Position numbers and translations under genes: made by a program. A stretch of 64,000 bases of DNA. Source: Bythopirellula sp. (GTDB taxonomy: Bacteria; Planctomycetota; Planctomycetia; Pirellulales; Lacipirellulaceae). Positions 49,332-59,589 of this stretch are shown piece after piece. The number at the start of each line of letters is the position of its first letter. Within the stretch, counting starts at the first letter, position 1. The notes under the pieces were generated by a model. It was given only the letters and a program-made list of their open reading frames with translations. It was not told where the DNA came from and ran no database searches. The stretch covers positions 576,001 to 640,000 of the forward strand of contig OZ244170.1 of NCBI GenBank assembly GCA_965216565.1, read 5' to 3'.

Positions 49332-50609
49332 TCAATCGTTGGCAAGCAATTCCCCGCCGTTCCGAGTGCCCATGCCATTGAAGATAAGCACATCAACGTC
49401 GAAAGAAATCACTCTTACCGATCCGTCGGCGAACACGGCATTGATCCCACTAGGATGCGATGAGCCAAAGAAATACACATCCCCAGATGCACCAGTGCAG
49501 TACTTGTTATCTGGACCCGTCAGACTCTCGTCGAGGCAGATTCCGGTGTCGCCATCGCTGATTGGCTGATACCCGGTAAAGCGAACTGTGTCTGGGTCCC
49601 AGCCATCGGTCCAGCCACGATCATCTGAGTAGCTTGTTGTCCCGTCGGGAGCCACCGTATCGGTCATGTCGAAACGTACATATTTCTCGCTGATGAGCAG
49701 GGTATTACTCAGGCCATCGGTCACGTTGGCAGGTTTTGTGGGCGAGGGGCCTTCGAAATTAACTTGATCTAACTCGGCGGGACTAGTATTCGAAGCTGCA
49801 AACTTGACGCGGTAGGAAGTACGGACGATTACACCATCGTATACATAGACAAAAGTTTCGAAGGGCAACAAATCTGGTGTCGGCTTGGTACACCAGTACG
49901 CCTTTTCAGCTTCTGCATGAGAATTAGCGGTATAAGGGTGAGTTACGTTAAGATCGTACCGCGAGACACCATCGTAGTCTTGTCCACACTGCAAGCTGAG
50001 GGGATGCGCTGAAGCATAGTCGCAGAGCGCTGCAACTGGACCTCCAACGACAGGGGTGTCAGCCACAGTGGGTGCGCGACGCGATGGACAGAAATAGAGA
50101 GGGATTACAGTTCGCTGAATATCTGCTTGGGTGAGGATTCCTTTCACGGCTCCCTGCTCCAAGTACGGCAATATCTGGTAGGCCCATCCTAGTCCTTGTC
50201 TCTTCGGCCCGTTGGGCGTTCCTGGATTGTCTTTGCCGCCTGATACGTAGTTGCTCAGCAAAGGGTTGTAAGTGCTACCGCCAGTAGGAAATACGTCCAA
50301 GGCATCGACATGATTCTGAATCGCTAAGCCGATTTGCTTGACTTTGTTCATGCAACTCACACGCCGAGCCGCCTCACGCGCCGACTGCACAGCCGGAAGA
50401 AGTAAGGCAACCAAAACACCAATGATTGCGATCACAACTAGCAATTCGACAAGCGTGAACGCGTTAGTCTTTTTCCTATGATGCATAAGGGCAAGTCGAA
50501 TTCGCCGGGAGCTGCTCATGCTTCGTTCGTGCGCTGCGTTTTCAAAGGCGAGTATTCGGTGCCTGTTGAAGTGGCAGGAACAGAGAAGATTTGTCATAGC
50601 CGTATTCAT
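49332..50609 (-). CDS. DUF1559 (prepilin-type N-terminal cleavage/methylation) protein; true start probably later (e.g. 50486)
   Basis: FTLVELLVVIAIIGVLVALLLPAVQSAREAARR, DGLSNT, HPSGINAVFADGSV (H-X9-DG). Confidence 0.93.
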   Translation of the reverse strand: MNTAMTNLLCSCHFNRHRILAFENAAHERSMSSSRRIRLALMHHRKKTNAFTLVELLVVIAIIGVLVALLLPAVQSAREAARRVSCMNKVKQIGLAIQNHVDALDVFPTGGSTYNPLLSNYVSGGKDNPGTPNGPKRQGLGWAYQILPYLEQGAVKGILTQADIQRTVIPLYFCPSRRAPTVADTPVVGGPVAALCDYASAHPLSLQCGQDYDGVSRYDLNVTHPYTANSHAEAEKAYWCTKPTPDLLPFETFVYVYDGVIVRTSYRVKFAASNTSPAELDQVNFEGPSPTKPANVTDGLSNTLLISEKYVRFDMTDTVAPDGTTSYSDDRGWTDGWDPDTVRFTGYQPISDGDTGICLDESLTGPDNKYCTGASGDVYFFGSSHPSGINAVFADGSVRVISFDVDVLIFNGMGTRNGGELLAND

Positions 50610-50763
50610 GTGTCACTCGCGAATGAAGGCAGTCGTGTTTTCAATAAAACTCTGGCCGAGAAAGTGATTTGGCTTTGTCAATTGACTCAATGTCCCTACA
50701 GGTAGGATCGAGTTGCGACGGTGCCGGGCTGCCCCATACGGCACTGTTGTTTCCAAGAGTTTC

Positions 50764-51707
50764 TTAACAAACACGACGTAACGGACTGTTGACTATTACA
50801 AATAAGCAGATCCCCAACAAACATGTAGAAGGTTCAGGAACACTCGTAGAGCCAGCCACGCTTGCGGGTAGAATTCCGATAATGTTGTCGAATTCAAGAC
50901 GACCGAGGCCATTACTCCAGTCTGCGATGGGGGCGTCGGTGGCATACTGACTCTCCCAGACACTCAAATCACCAGAACCAACGATCCCATCCAGATTGGC
51001 GTTGCCGCTGGCAAAAGGAATTGCAAAGCCACCGTCAAATGTGCCGTGATTCTGCTGCCATGTCAGGAAATCCAATCCGTCGACACTGGAACTGGCATCG
51101 AAGTCACCGCTATGAAACTTAACCGGAGGTGCTGAGTCGGGATCGACGTCCCCCGTCAACATAAGCATCTTGATTTGGGCCGCGTTGCGCGGGTTGCCTT
51201 CTAAGAAGTCATCGAACATGACTGTGTAGGTTTGGAATTCCTCGGTTAGCATTACAGGCTCATCATAAAGATCACTGCAAGCGTTCATCGATGTCCCGCA
51301 GGCGTCATTAGTATCCCACTGCAACCCGAACTTAATTGGTGACAAACCCGTAAAGACCTCATTGTTAGGATCGTCCGGGTCGATGTCTCGGATAAACCTG
51401 GCATCAATCGAGTATCCGACGTAGGGCGTCAGATCGATGGTGGTGGGGAAGAAGAAGGACCAACTTCGCCAATACCAAAGTCGTTAGGGCTGGTCGAATT
51501 CTCGGTGAAGTTTCCCGTATGTGAAGCACAGACGTTTCCGAGTGTGTCGCAATCAGGGATCAGGCCGCTGTCTGTCGTGATGTTCCCAAAATGTAAGAAG
51601 TCGTCGATGGCAGACTGGAAATCGAACAGTACGGTTTGCCCCTGGACCAGCGATCCTGTAACAACGGTCAGTACAACTGCGCCAAACAGTCTTGAACATG
51701 AATGCAT
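50764..51707 (-). pseudogene. Frameshifted PEP-CTERM protein (signal peptide, CBM-like domain, dockerin-like repeat)
   Basis: ORFs 51429-51707 and 50764-51345 join by a -1 shift near 51445-51461. The joined protein aligns by eye to the middle domain of 55287-56909 and ends VPEPST plus TM. Confidence 0.75.
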
Positions 51708-51892
51708 TGAGCTGCTCCTGGTCAGGAAGAAATTATGAGGCAGAGACTAACGACAACTTCGGTGTCTTTCTCAATTAGCATTCAACGCTCGATCGCGAAG
51801 AAGGCGTCCTCAAAAAAAGTACACGTGGTGCAGTTACCTGGGGCCAATACGCTGCAAATGCAAGGAAAAAGGGCCTTCAGTAAGTTACTTAG

Positions 51893-51923
51893 GCATCTTA
51901 ATTAAGTAGGATGAGGAATGCAA
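51893..51923 (-). promoter_or_regulatory. Promoter/operator copy B
   Basis: Minus strand TTGCAT-N17-TAAGAT, core CTACTTAATTAAGATGC. Confidence 0.7.
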
Positions 51924-52032
51924 TACTATTGCTCTCGCTTTTTGAGAATTCTCATTTCCACGCTGAAATACATGATCTTGTCTTCTCGAGTCTTGGTAGT
52001 TCGAGTACGAAGGGCTAGTCGCTGCGCCCGTT

Positions 52033-54009
52033 CTAAGCCCATGTAGCCCCAGCGAGTCTGGCGTGCTCATTGGCTCGGGCAGGGTCCGAGCATCGGTACA
52101 GAGAAGCCAGTTGCTCATGAGATGCGGCCGGCTCGTGCCCCATCGATAGGCTATTCTCAAAGGCAGCGATTGCCTCTTGCTCACGCTCTAGCCCACGGAG
52201 GGCGACCCCTAAGTGGAAGTGGGCGTCAGGAAAATAGTGCTGAAGTCCAACAGCCTCTAAGGCTAGTTCGGCGGCTTCCTGGAATTGGTATCGCTCGTTT
52301 AGAATTTGCGCTAGTCCAGCCATCGCCCATGGGTTTTCTTCGTAGAGTTCCATGGACCGCTGGAAAACGATCTCTGCCTGATCCCAGCATTCAAGCTCAG
52401 TCAGTAGTCGACCTAGCCGATTGATCATTCCTAAATCTGCTAATCCCGAACTAAGAATTGCTGATGCCGTTTGCAAGGCTGCCTCGCTATCTCCGCGAGC
52501 GTGGGCAATCCGAGCCAGTAAGTACTGGACATCGACCGTGCCGAGGAGTTCTTCTGGCAGCATCGCGATCGTCTGCTCACACTCGTCAAACTGACCCTTG
52601 CTGCAATAGAGAGAAGCCAAACGACATTTGTACGATTGCTCCTGCGGATTCTCCTCGATCAATGTTTGCAACAGCGGGATCGCTTTTTCTGCCCGGTGGC
52701 TCGTTGAGAGGGCTCTTACCAAGTTATGTCGTTGATCAAGTAGGCACTTTCGAACGGCTTCTTCGGCATCTTCCCCAGGTGCCTCGATATATCCTAAATC
52801 GACGAGATGTTTAATGGCTTCGGCAGACTCAGCTGGATCTTCACGTACCTCCACGGGGTGCATGCCAGAGTCTCCGTCCTGCTCATCCCATGACGGGATA
52901 ATTTCAACAGTCTGCGGCACATCAAAGATCTCGACCCAGGGTCGTCCATCCATGTCTTTTCCTACTGGAAGACCGAGGAGTGTCAGAATGGTCGGAGTTA
53001 CATCTAATACCGTTGCCCCGTACAGAGGCTCGCCACTCTTGATGCCAGGACCGGCCAGACAAGCGATTCCATGATGACGATGCCATCCTGTGGGGTTGTC
53101 CATACCGTCCGCACTTGGACGTAAGTCATCATTCTTGAATCCGTGGTCACTGATTAAGATCACGGTTGTGTCAGGGCCCGCCAGTTGAAGTTGGGTACCG
53201 AGCATCATGTCGTGAAATCGGTAGCAATTCTCCATGACCTCGCCGAAGATGGCTACGTCTTGCTTTGAAACGCCTTCCAACTGAGGAGGACGGTAAGGCA
53301 TGAAAGTATGCCCAAACTCGTCGATGCCAATGAAGTAAACGGCAGTCAAATCCCAATCGTCGTTTTTGTGAAGCAGATGAGTCGCTGCGGCCTGAACTGT
53401 TGCTGTGCGGGCTATCAGACCTGCAAGCTTTCTAAGTCGATCATCGTCTTGCTGTGGCACCTCACCAGCTTTAGGGACAAATGGTAGGATGGCATCGGCT
53501 TCAATTTGGCCAATGCCGACGATCAACCGAGACATCTCTTCTGCCAAAGACTCCGGGTGAAAAGTTCCGGTCGGACAATCGTAGATGTTCTCGCCAGCAA
53601 CGGTTTGGGCGACAAAGCGATCGGTGACGATCGATCCCTTGATTGGTTCGGCTGGATGGCTAGCAAACCAGGAAACCACTTGCGAAGTCAAATCAGACTG
53701 CGTCAATATGTTCCACAGTGCTTTACACTTCCTTGAGGTACTAGTCACGGGACGAACACCCGTTCGATCTGGTTTCGGTTCTATGAAACCGTAGATCCCA
53801 TGTTTGTCGGCACGTTTCCCAGTGGCAATCGAATTCCACAGCATGGGAGATAATATCGGTTGAATCGTCGCAAGATTCCCAGATACACCCCGATCCATCA
53901 GTCCCTGAAGATTCGGAAGCTTCCCCTGTGCCAGTAGTGGGCGAATCATCTGCCAGTCGGCCCCATCCCAGCCGATCAACAAGATCTTTTTTGCTAACCG
54001 ATGACCCAT
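52033..54009 (-). CDS. Alkaline-phosphatase-superfamily (phosphodiesterase-type) protein with C-terminal TPRs
   Basis: IGWDGAD, PILSPMLWNSIATGK, DEFGH, SDHGF, DVTPTIL, LVDLGYI, TPR helices; no signal peptide. Confidence 0.85.
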   Translation of the reverse strand: MGHRLAKKILLIGWDGADWQMIRPLLAQGKLPNLQGLMDRGVSGNLATIQPILSPMLWNSIATGKRADKHGIYGFIEPKPDRTGVRPVTSTSRKCKALWNILTQSDLTSQVVSWFASHPAEPIKGSIVTDRFVAQTVAGENIYDCPTGTFHPESLAEEMSRLIVGIGQIEADAILPFVPKAGEVPQQDDDRLRKLAGLIARTATVQAAATHLLHKNDDWDLTAVYFIGIDEFGHTFMPYRPPQLEGVSKQDVAIFGEVMENCYRFHDMMLGTQLQLAGPDTTVILISDHGFKNDDLRPSADGMDNPTGWHRHHGIACLAGPGIKSGEPLYGATVLDVTPTILTLLGLPVGKDMDGRPWVEIFDVPQTVEIIPSWDEQDGDSGMHPVEVREDPAESAEAIKHLVDLGYIEAPGEDAEEAVRKCLLDQRHNLVRALSTSHRAEKAIPLLQTLIEENPQEQSYKCRLASLYCSKGQFDECEQTIAMLPEELLGTVDVQYLLARIAHARGDSEAALQTASAILSSGLADLGMINRLGRLLTELECWDQAEIVFQRSMELYEENPWAMAGLAQILNERYQFQEAAELALEAVGLQHYFPDAHFHLGVALRGLEREQEAIAAFENSLSMGHEPAASHEQLASLYRCSDPARANEHARLAGATWA

Positions 54010-54099
54010 AGCCTGTGTCTCGAAGTGAAGAAAGAGGAGCGTTCCCCTTGGAACGCTCCTCCCCGAATATCGTCTTAATAAAATCTAACCATTCTTGGC

Positions 54100-54915
54100 T
54101 TAAATCGACGTTCGCCGACGACGCGCGAGGCCCAGTCCTCCACATCCTGCAGCTAACAGAGCCAAACTACTTGGTTCCGGTACACCTGCTGGAATCGGCG
54201 TATTGGGTATCATCTCGAACGCGAATTCCGTTAGAGTTGCACTCCAGAATCCCGGTGGGTTCGGAGCAGTGCTGGGTGGGTTCACATCGATTTGCGCCCA
54301 GCCATACTTCACGTCGCCTGTGCCATCGAAATCCCATTGGAGTCCAACGAACATGCTCGTATTTATCTTGTTGTATGCGGTATAGGCACCACGGGCACCT
54401 ACATCTGCATAAAACGTGGGCGACATCGTCGCACGGCTAATCAAGAAGTTTGAAGGTACCGACTCGACGTAGTAGCCAGGATTAGGATCAGCAGGAGCAA
54501 CTGAACCTGGATTACCAAAGAGGGACAACACCTGATTGCCTTCACCTGCACCCGGGACAGAGGGAGCGGCAATGGGGGCGCCTACCAAACCAACGTGTGC
54601 TCCTCGTTCGTCGCCGACGATTCCCGCGAGCGGTCGAGGCGAAACGCGAATCTGGTTTTGTGCTCCGGGAGCAATGATCGTAAATTCCGGCGCGCCACCG
54701 TCTGGATTGATGTCGATGAACTGCGAAGTGCCGCTGAGATTGTTCGTGATGGTCACATCCGGTACGTCATAGACTCGAATGGCACCATGAGCTGCCGTCG
54801 TACACGCGAATGCACCCAGACCAGCAGCTGATGAGTAGTATTGAAGTTTTCGGAGAAACTTTTGTCTGCGTTCGTTGGCGCTCTCACTGCGCGTGTTGTT
54901 TCTGGCACGTTTCAT
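54100..54915 (-). CDS. PEP-CTERM protein of unknown function
   Basis: Long basic signal peptide, KYGWAQI motif, C-terminal VPEPSS-TM-RRRR. Confidence 0.85.
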   Translation of the reverse strand: MKRARNNTRSESANERRQKFLRKLQYYSSAAGLGAFACTTAAHGAIRVYDVPDVTITNNLSGTSQFIDINPDGGAPEFTIIAPGAQNQIRVSPRPLAGIVGDERGAHVGLVGAPIAAPSVPGAGEGNQVLSLFGNPGSVAPADPNPGYYVESVPSNFLISRATMSPTFYADVGARGAYTAYNKINTSMFVGLQWDFDGTGDVKYGWAQIDVNPPSTAPNPPGFWSATLTEFAFEMIPNTPIPAGVPEPSSLALLAAGCGGLGLARRRRTSI

Positions 54916-55080
54916 TAGTCACTCGCTCCCATAGGTTGTTTGGCTTCGGAAAGATTCTGCAAAACCACAATAGGCATCAACTCTTGTCGATTAACCTTCG
55001 ATTGGCCTACTTCTGTCCGCGATTGGGCGAGAGAGCTCATCCATATTCACTATAAATAAAGCCCCTCTTGACTTATGTAA

Positions 55081-55111
55081 GTATCTTAATAAAGTATCAT
55101 TATGTAAGCAA
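55081..55111 (-). promoter_or_regulatory. Promoter/operator copy C
   Basis: Minus strand TTGCTT-N17-TAAGAT, core ATACTTTATTAAGATAC; a divergent TTGACT lies at 55068-55073 on +. Confidence 0.7.
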
Positions 55112-55286
55112 GCTATTTCTTTCTATTTTTTAAATGTCTTTTTGATGCGGCTTACGGGCTCGCGAATTTAGCCTGGAATAATCGTGGTATATCGATCCGA
55201 TCGGTATCAATTGGACGATTGTGTAGGGCCGCAATTCCACGACAGATGAGCAGGCTCGTGGCCGTCGACAAAGACTCGGGATGTAG

Positions 55287-56909
55287 ATGCCAGGTACTAA
55301 GAACACCATGAGATGCACCGTGGAGAATTATCGAAACGCTCCTCTTCCGATCTGTCTTTTCGTTCCCGCTACGGCTCTCCTGGTACTCTGCGCCTTTTTC
55401 GACGGGACTAATCTATCTGCCGCGAGCTTAGATTTCGCCGGCAGGACTTGGAACATCAAGCAATCGAATACGCCCGTAGGCCCGGGGCCGAACCATTTTT
55501 CCGATAGCCCTAACGATGTGTGGTCCGATCAGGAAGGCCTTCACCTAACGATTCAACAAACGGGTGGCATATGGAATAGTACTGAGGTGATACTCGATGA
55601 AAGTCTTGGTTATGGGACTTATATGTTCCAGACGAAAACCCGACAGGACATATTGGACGCCAATGCAGTATTTGGTGCGTTTACCTGGGATTCCTTCGGT
55701 GGCAGTCCAATACCAAATAGTCCTAACCGAGAAATTGATTTTGAAGACTCTCGATTCGGAAATCCCCTTGCGACGACGAACTCTCAATTCGTTGTGCAAC
55801 CCTTCGACGTTGCCGGAAATCTGCAAAAGGTGACACTGCCAGACCTGAGCCAAGACTCTAACTTAACGCGTTTCTTTACTTGGTCTCCTGGTGAGGTAGA
55901 GTTCACAGCATTGAAGGGCCATTACTTGCCAGGCAGCTATCCCCAGAGCGCCGTCATTCAGCAGTTTACTTATCTAGACGACGGCGGTAACCATCGCGTA
56001 CCGATCCCAGATCGAGAGAACTTCCGTTTCAACTTGTGGCTTTTCGAGAGTAGCTCCCCAGCTAGTGCTGCGCCTGTAGAAGTGATAGTAAATGATTTTC
56101 AGTTCTTTCCCTTACCACCATCGAATGACGAACTGCTATTTGATTTTGAAACTGGTAGCCAAGGTTGGGGGTCGTTTGGTGCCATAACGCTAGCCAGTGG
56201 TGAACTCCCCACAGGCGGATCGGAGGGGCAGGGCAGGTTTCATTCCGGCGACTTCAGCCAGCCCGACGCAGGCAATTTTGGCATCGTCGACGTTTCTCCT
56301 GCTGGTCTAGATCTATCTAGCTACGTTGGATTATCCGTAGATGCTCTATTCAGAGACGTTCCTGGACAACCACCTTTCGTGGGGATAAAGGAGCTAGACA
56401 TTATCATCGAAACCTCATCGGCAGAGGAATTCTTTGCCCCGAAAGTCACGATGACCGACGACTTCGGTACCTTTGCAGTGGCCTTCGAAGATTTTCAGAG
56501 TGGGGCAACTTCACTTCCTCCAACACCGACCGATTTGAGCGACGCGTCAATCAAGCTTGTCGTGTTGAATGAGAATGGCACGGGGACTGCTGAACTAATC
56601 TACGACGAAATCTATGGGTTGCACTCCATAAACAATGCTGACTTCGATGCCAATGCTATTGTAGACGGGCTTGATTTCCTTGCCTGGCAAACGGGATTTG
56701 GCAAAGGCAACACGCATAGCCAGGGCGATGCAAATAGCAGCAGGACCGTTGATAGCGCGGATCGATTGCTCTGGGAGAGTCAATACGGCACACCGGGCGG
56801 CAATTTGTTGAGCAGTGTAACAACAGTCCCTGAGCCATCCAGTCTGGTCATTGCCTGTACGGTGCTACTGAGTGTGATTGGTCCGGGCGCTTGCCGACAA
56901 ATCTTCTAG
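55287..56909 (+). CDS. GH16-like catalytic domain, CBM-like domain, dockerin-like repeat, PEP-CTERM
   Basis: LGYGTY, REIDFE (ExDxE), ADFDANAIVDGLDFLAWQ, VPEPSS-TM; exact start uncertain. Confidence 0.78.
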   Translation: MPGTKNTMRCTVENYRNAPLPICLFVPATALLVLCAFFDGTNLSAASLDFAGRTWNIKQSNTPVGPGPNHFSDSPNDVWSDQEGLHLTIQQTGGIWNSTEVILDESLGYGTYMFQTKTRQDILDANAVFGAFTWDSFGGSPIPNSPNREIDFEDSRFGNPLATTNSQFVVQPFDVAGNLQKVTLPDLSQDSNLTRFFTWSPGEVEFTALKGHYLPGSYPQSAVIQQFTYLDDGGNHRVPIPDRENFRFNLWLFESSSPASAAPVEVIVNDFQFFPLPPSNDELLFDFETGSQGWGSFGAITLASGELPTGGSEGQGRFHSGDFSQPDAGNFGIVDVSPAGLDLSSYVGLSVDALFRDVPGQPPFVGIKELDIIIETSSAEEFFAPKVTMTDDFGTFAVAFEDFQSGATSLPPTPTDLSDASIKLVVLNENGTGTAELIYDEIYGLHSINNADFDANAIVDGLDFLAWQTGFGKGNTHSQGDANSSRTVDSADRLLWESQYGTPGGNLLSSVTTVPEPSSLVIACTVLLSVIGPGACRQIF

Positions 56910-57026
56910 TAGAACACAAAGTCAACTTGGAAGATCAGGTCGGACTGGGCCACTGCGGGAGTCAGCTCAAGTTATTGTCCGTGACTAAACTCAAAGGGTT
57001 CCGCTAGCGGCAGAATCTTGCCGGCT

Positions 57027-59237
57027 TCAAGCTCGCAACAATCTTCGAGAACTACTCGCAAGCCCTATTGCAATAGACAGAAGCAACAATGCGTTCGGTT
57101 CCGGTACCGAAGCGGCAGCGGCAGACTGCGAATTCGTACCGTAATTTGCTTCCCAGTCGCTTAGGGAGCCCACGCTTGGATCGGACTGCCAGAATAGAAA
57201 ATCCAGTCCGTCTACAAAACCATCATCATTGAAGTCACCGGCAAGGGGTAAGCCGGCCAAGATCGTGTCGAGTTGCTGCGCAGACAAGCCACCGTTCTGA
57301 TGGAAGATGATCGCATCGATTTCGCTATCCCCTTCCCGACGACCCAAACGAAACTCTAATGGCATTCCGACGTGAGACGCGCTGATACTGAATTCGTCAC
57401 CATTCTCCCAGCGGAAGATACCATTGCTGGAGATGTTTTCCGTACTATCTGGATCCACTCCAAAGTCGTCAGGTGTATAAAAGCTATCGGAGGAACCATC
57501 AAATCCACGGGCGAGGTAGTAGGCGGTGTAGTCGCCTTCTTCACTAAACGCAATGTCGTAAAGAGCCAAGGTTTCGTGGGGATCTCCTGGCAAGTCCGTC
57601 CGACTGCCTTCCGGCGCCTTGATGACTTCGCCACCAGATGCCTCGTTGACGCTGGCGACGGTCCAGATATCGCCGTCATTGTCGGGGTCCGTGATCGCGG
57701 TGAAGTCTTCAGCCTCGATAACAAGAAAATTTCCCGGCGGGAGCTGTACCGGCGGCGGCCATACATCAGGCTCTTCGTAGAGAAACCAGGACGCTCCCAC
57801 GTCGGAAGTGGTCAAAGGCTTGCGAACAATCTGGGCTGCGGAACTCTCGTCGGCTCCGATGTCGAACAAACCGATGCGTGGCTGCCCGTCGAAATCGTCG
57901 GTGACATAATTGGCTGTAACGGCATCGATCGCTGGGCTTCCAGCCGAAGGACGCCACAGGCCATCGGGGGCCAGGGCCAACTGGGGATCAACGACATCGA
58001 TCCCTGGACGAGGGGCAATGCCTAGCGAGGCTCCAAACGCGATGTTGTCTTCCCAAATGTATCCGGTGCCTTCCGACCCTTCAAAAAGTGGTGCAGCGGT
58101 ACTGGAGATTAGGTTGCGGGCGACGGTAACATTTTTCGGGAGCACCGAGCGACCGCTTGAACCATGCCCCCAGTCCATCGTGAGGCCTGCCCCACCGACG
58201 TTCACGACGGTGTTATGAGCAATCAGGACGCCGTCTACAGGTTGGTAACCGCTTGGATTTGAACCGGTCGTTCCAGAAGCAAGCGAGATTGCCCCGTCCG
58301 CCGCGTCGTCGACATCGGCGATATAGTTATTGACAATCACATGGTCTTCGCCGACCACTCGAATACCACCCGAGTCGGTAGTTCCCTCGCCCAGGAAGAA
58401 GTTTCCTTCTACAAGTGCGCGATGGCCATGGCGTAACGTCAGCGTTCCCTTGGATTCTCGAAACGTGTTGTAACGGAAGATATTGTCATTCGCCTTGCTG
58501 GAAATGATCTCAATTTCCCCATCGACTCTCTCGAAGAGATTGTTTTCAACCAGGATATGAGTATCGTAGTGGCTGAACTCACTTTCGCCCAAGCGGATCG
58601 CTTCGAATCCATTGGCCCAACCCTGGGGGCGATCGCCAAAATGGTTGGAGTCGATCTGGTGACGCGCCTCAGAATTCGGATCGGTCTCATCTAGCCAGGC
58701 GACTATTTGAGGTCCAATGTTTTGTTGGTCGAGAAACCGGTTATTATCAACCCGATTTTGTTCGCCATAAAGAGAGATATAGTGCCATTTGTCGTTGAGA
58801 TCGTTCGGATTGTAGTAGGATTCGATGACGGAATTCGTGAAACGTGAGTTTGTCGCCTCACCCAGAGATCCGCGAAACTGCACTACATGATCGGAGTTTT
58901 CGAGTATCCCACCTTTGAAGTGCAGACCATCAACGACCAAGTGCGAGCCGGATATCTTGAGTTGCGAAGAACCGTTGAGAATCACACTGCCGGGAGTTTC
59001 GGCTCGAAGTGTGATCGGCATCGCAGCCGTTCCAATGCCGGCAAAGTTGATATCCTCGTCCGTCCAGGTGCCGTTGGCCATGATCAACGTATCGCCCGGC
59101 CCTGCCGTATCTAATGCGGTTTCGATGTCGTCCGCATCGGAAACATTGAAGATCGTTGCCAAGGAGGGGTTAGTGGCCGCAAAGAGAAAACTCGTCGCGA
59201 TGAAAAGAGTACGTAGATTCGGGATACTATTCTTCAA
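57027..59237 (-). CDS. Polysaccharide lyase family 6 (chondroitinase B/alginate lyase type) with PEP-CTERM
   Basis: PGDTLIMANGTW, PITLRAETPG, EAIRLG, GEIEIISSK, LTLRHG, GGIRV; VPEPNA-TM; TTG start. Confidence 0.9.
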   Translation of the reverse strand: MKNSIPNLRTLFIATSFLFAATNPSLATIFNVSDADDIETALDTAGPGDTLIMANGTWTDEDINFAGIGTAAMPITLRAETPGSVILNGSSQLKISGSHLVVDGLHFKGGILENSDHVVQFRGSLGEATNSRFTNSVIESYYNPNDLNDKWHYISLYGEQNRVDNNRFLDQQNIGPQIVAWLDETDPNSEARHQIDSNHFGDRPQGWANGFEAIRLGESEFSHYDTHILVENNLFERVDGEIEIISSKANDNIFRYNTFRESKGTLTLRHGHRALVEGNFFLGEGTTDSGGIRVVGEDHVIVNNYIADVDDAADGAISLASGTTGSNPSGYQPVDGVLIAHNTVVNVGGAGLTMDWGHGSSGRSVLPKNVTVARNLISSTAAPLFEGSEGTGYIWEDNIAFGASLGIAPRPGIDVVDPQLALAPDGLWRPSAGSPAIDAVTANYVTDDFDGQPRIGLFDIGADESSAAQIVRKPLTTSDVGASWFLYEEPDVWPPPVQLPPGNFLVIEAEDFTAITDPDNDGDIWTVASVNEASGGEVIKAPEGSRTDLPGDPHETLALYDIAFSEEGDYTAYYLARGFDGSSDSFYTPDDFGVDPDSTENISSNGIFRWENGDEFSISASHVGMPLEFRLGRREGDSEIDAIIFHQNGGLSAQQLDTILAGLPLAGDFNDDGFVDGLDFLFWQSDPSVGSLSDWEANYGTNSQSAAAASVPEPNALLLLSIAIGLASSSRRLLRA

Positions 59238-59589
59238 CAGTGCTCTCCCTTCGATGAGTCTTGATCAGGGATTCAGAGTTTTCCCTCTACCCTCTATTGA
59301 GCCAGAGAATCGCGAATCGCTCAATCCGATTAGTAAGAGCAAGATTCCTGTTTTGGTACAACTATGAGAAGGTGAATTCCAGTCACCTATCGGCGGAGTG
59401 ATAAATGTCATTATTGCCGCTTGGATATCAGCTACGCACAGACGGCGGGAGTACCACATGGACTGCCCGTATATATTAAGGCAGTCAATGACGTGAGAAT
59501 TATTTCCATTGCCTGAATTTCTCTCGATATCTGCTATACTGCTTCTGCAAGTTATCAACAATGAGTTGATCTAGATTGGGGAGTCGCTC

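Noticed and set aside
54072..54085. Fourth copy of the ROK-type motif (GTCTTAATAAAATC)
   Set aside because: Only a partial core match and no TTGCNT at the 17-nt spacing; too weak to call.
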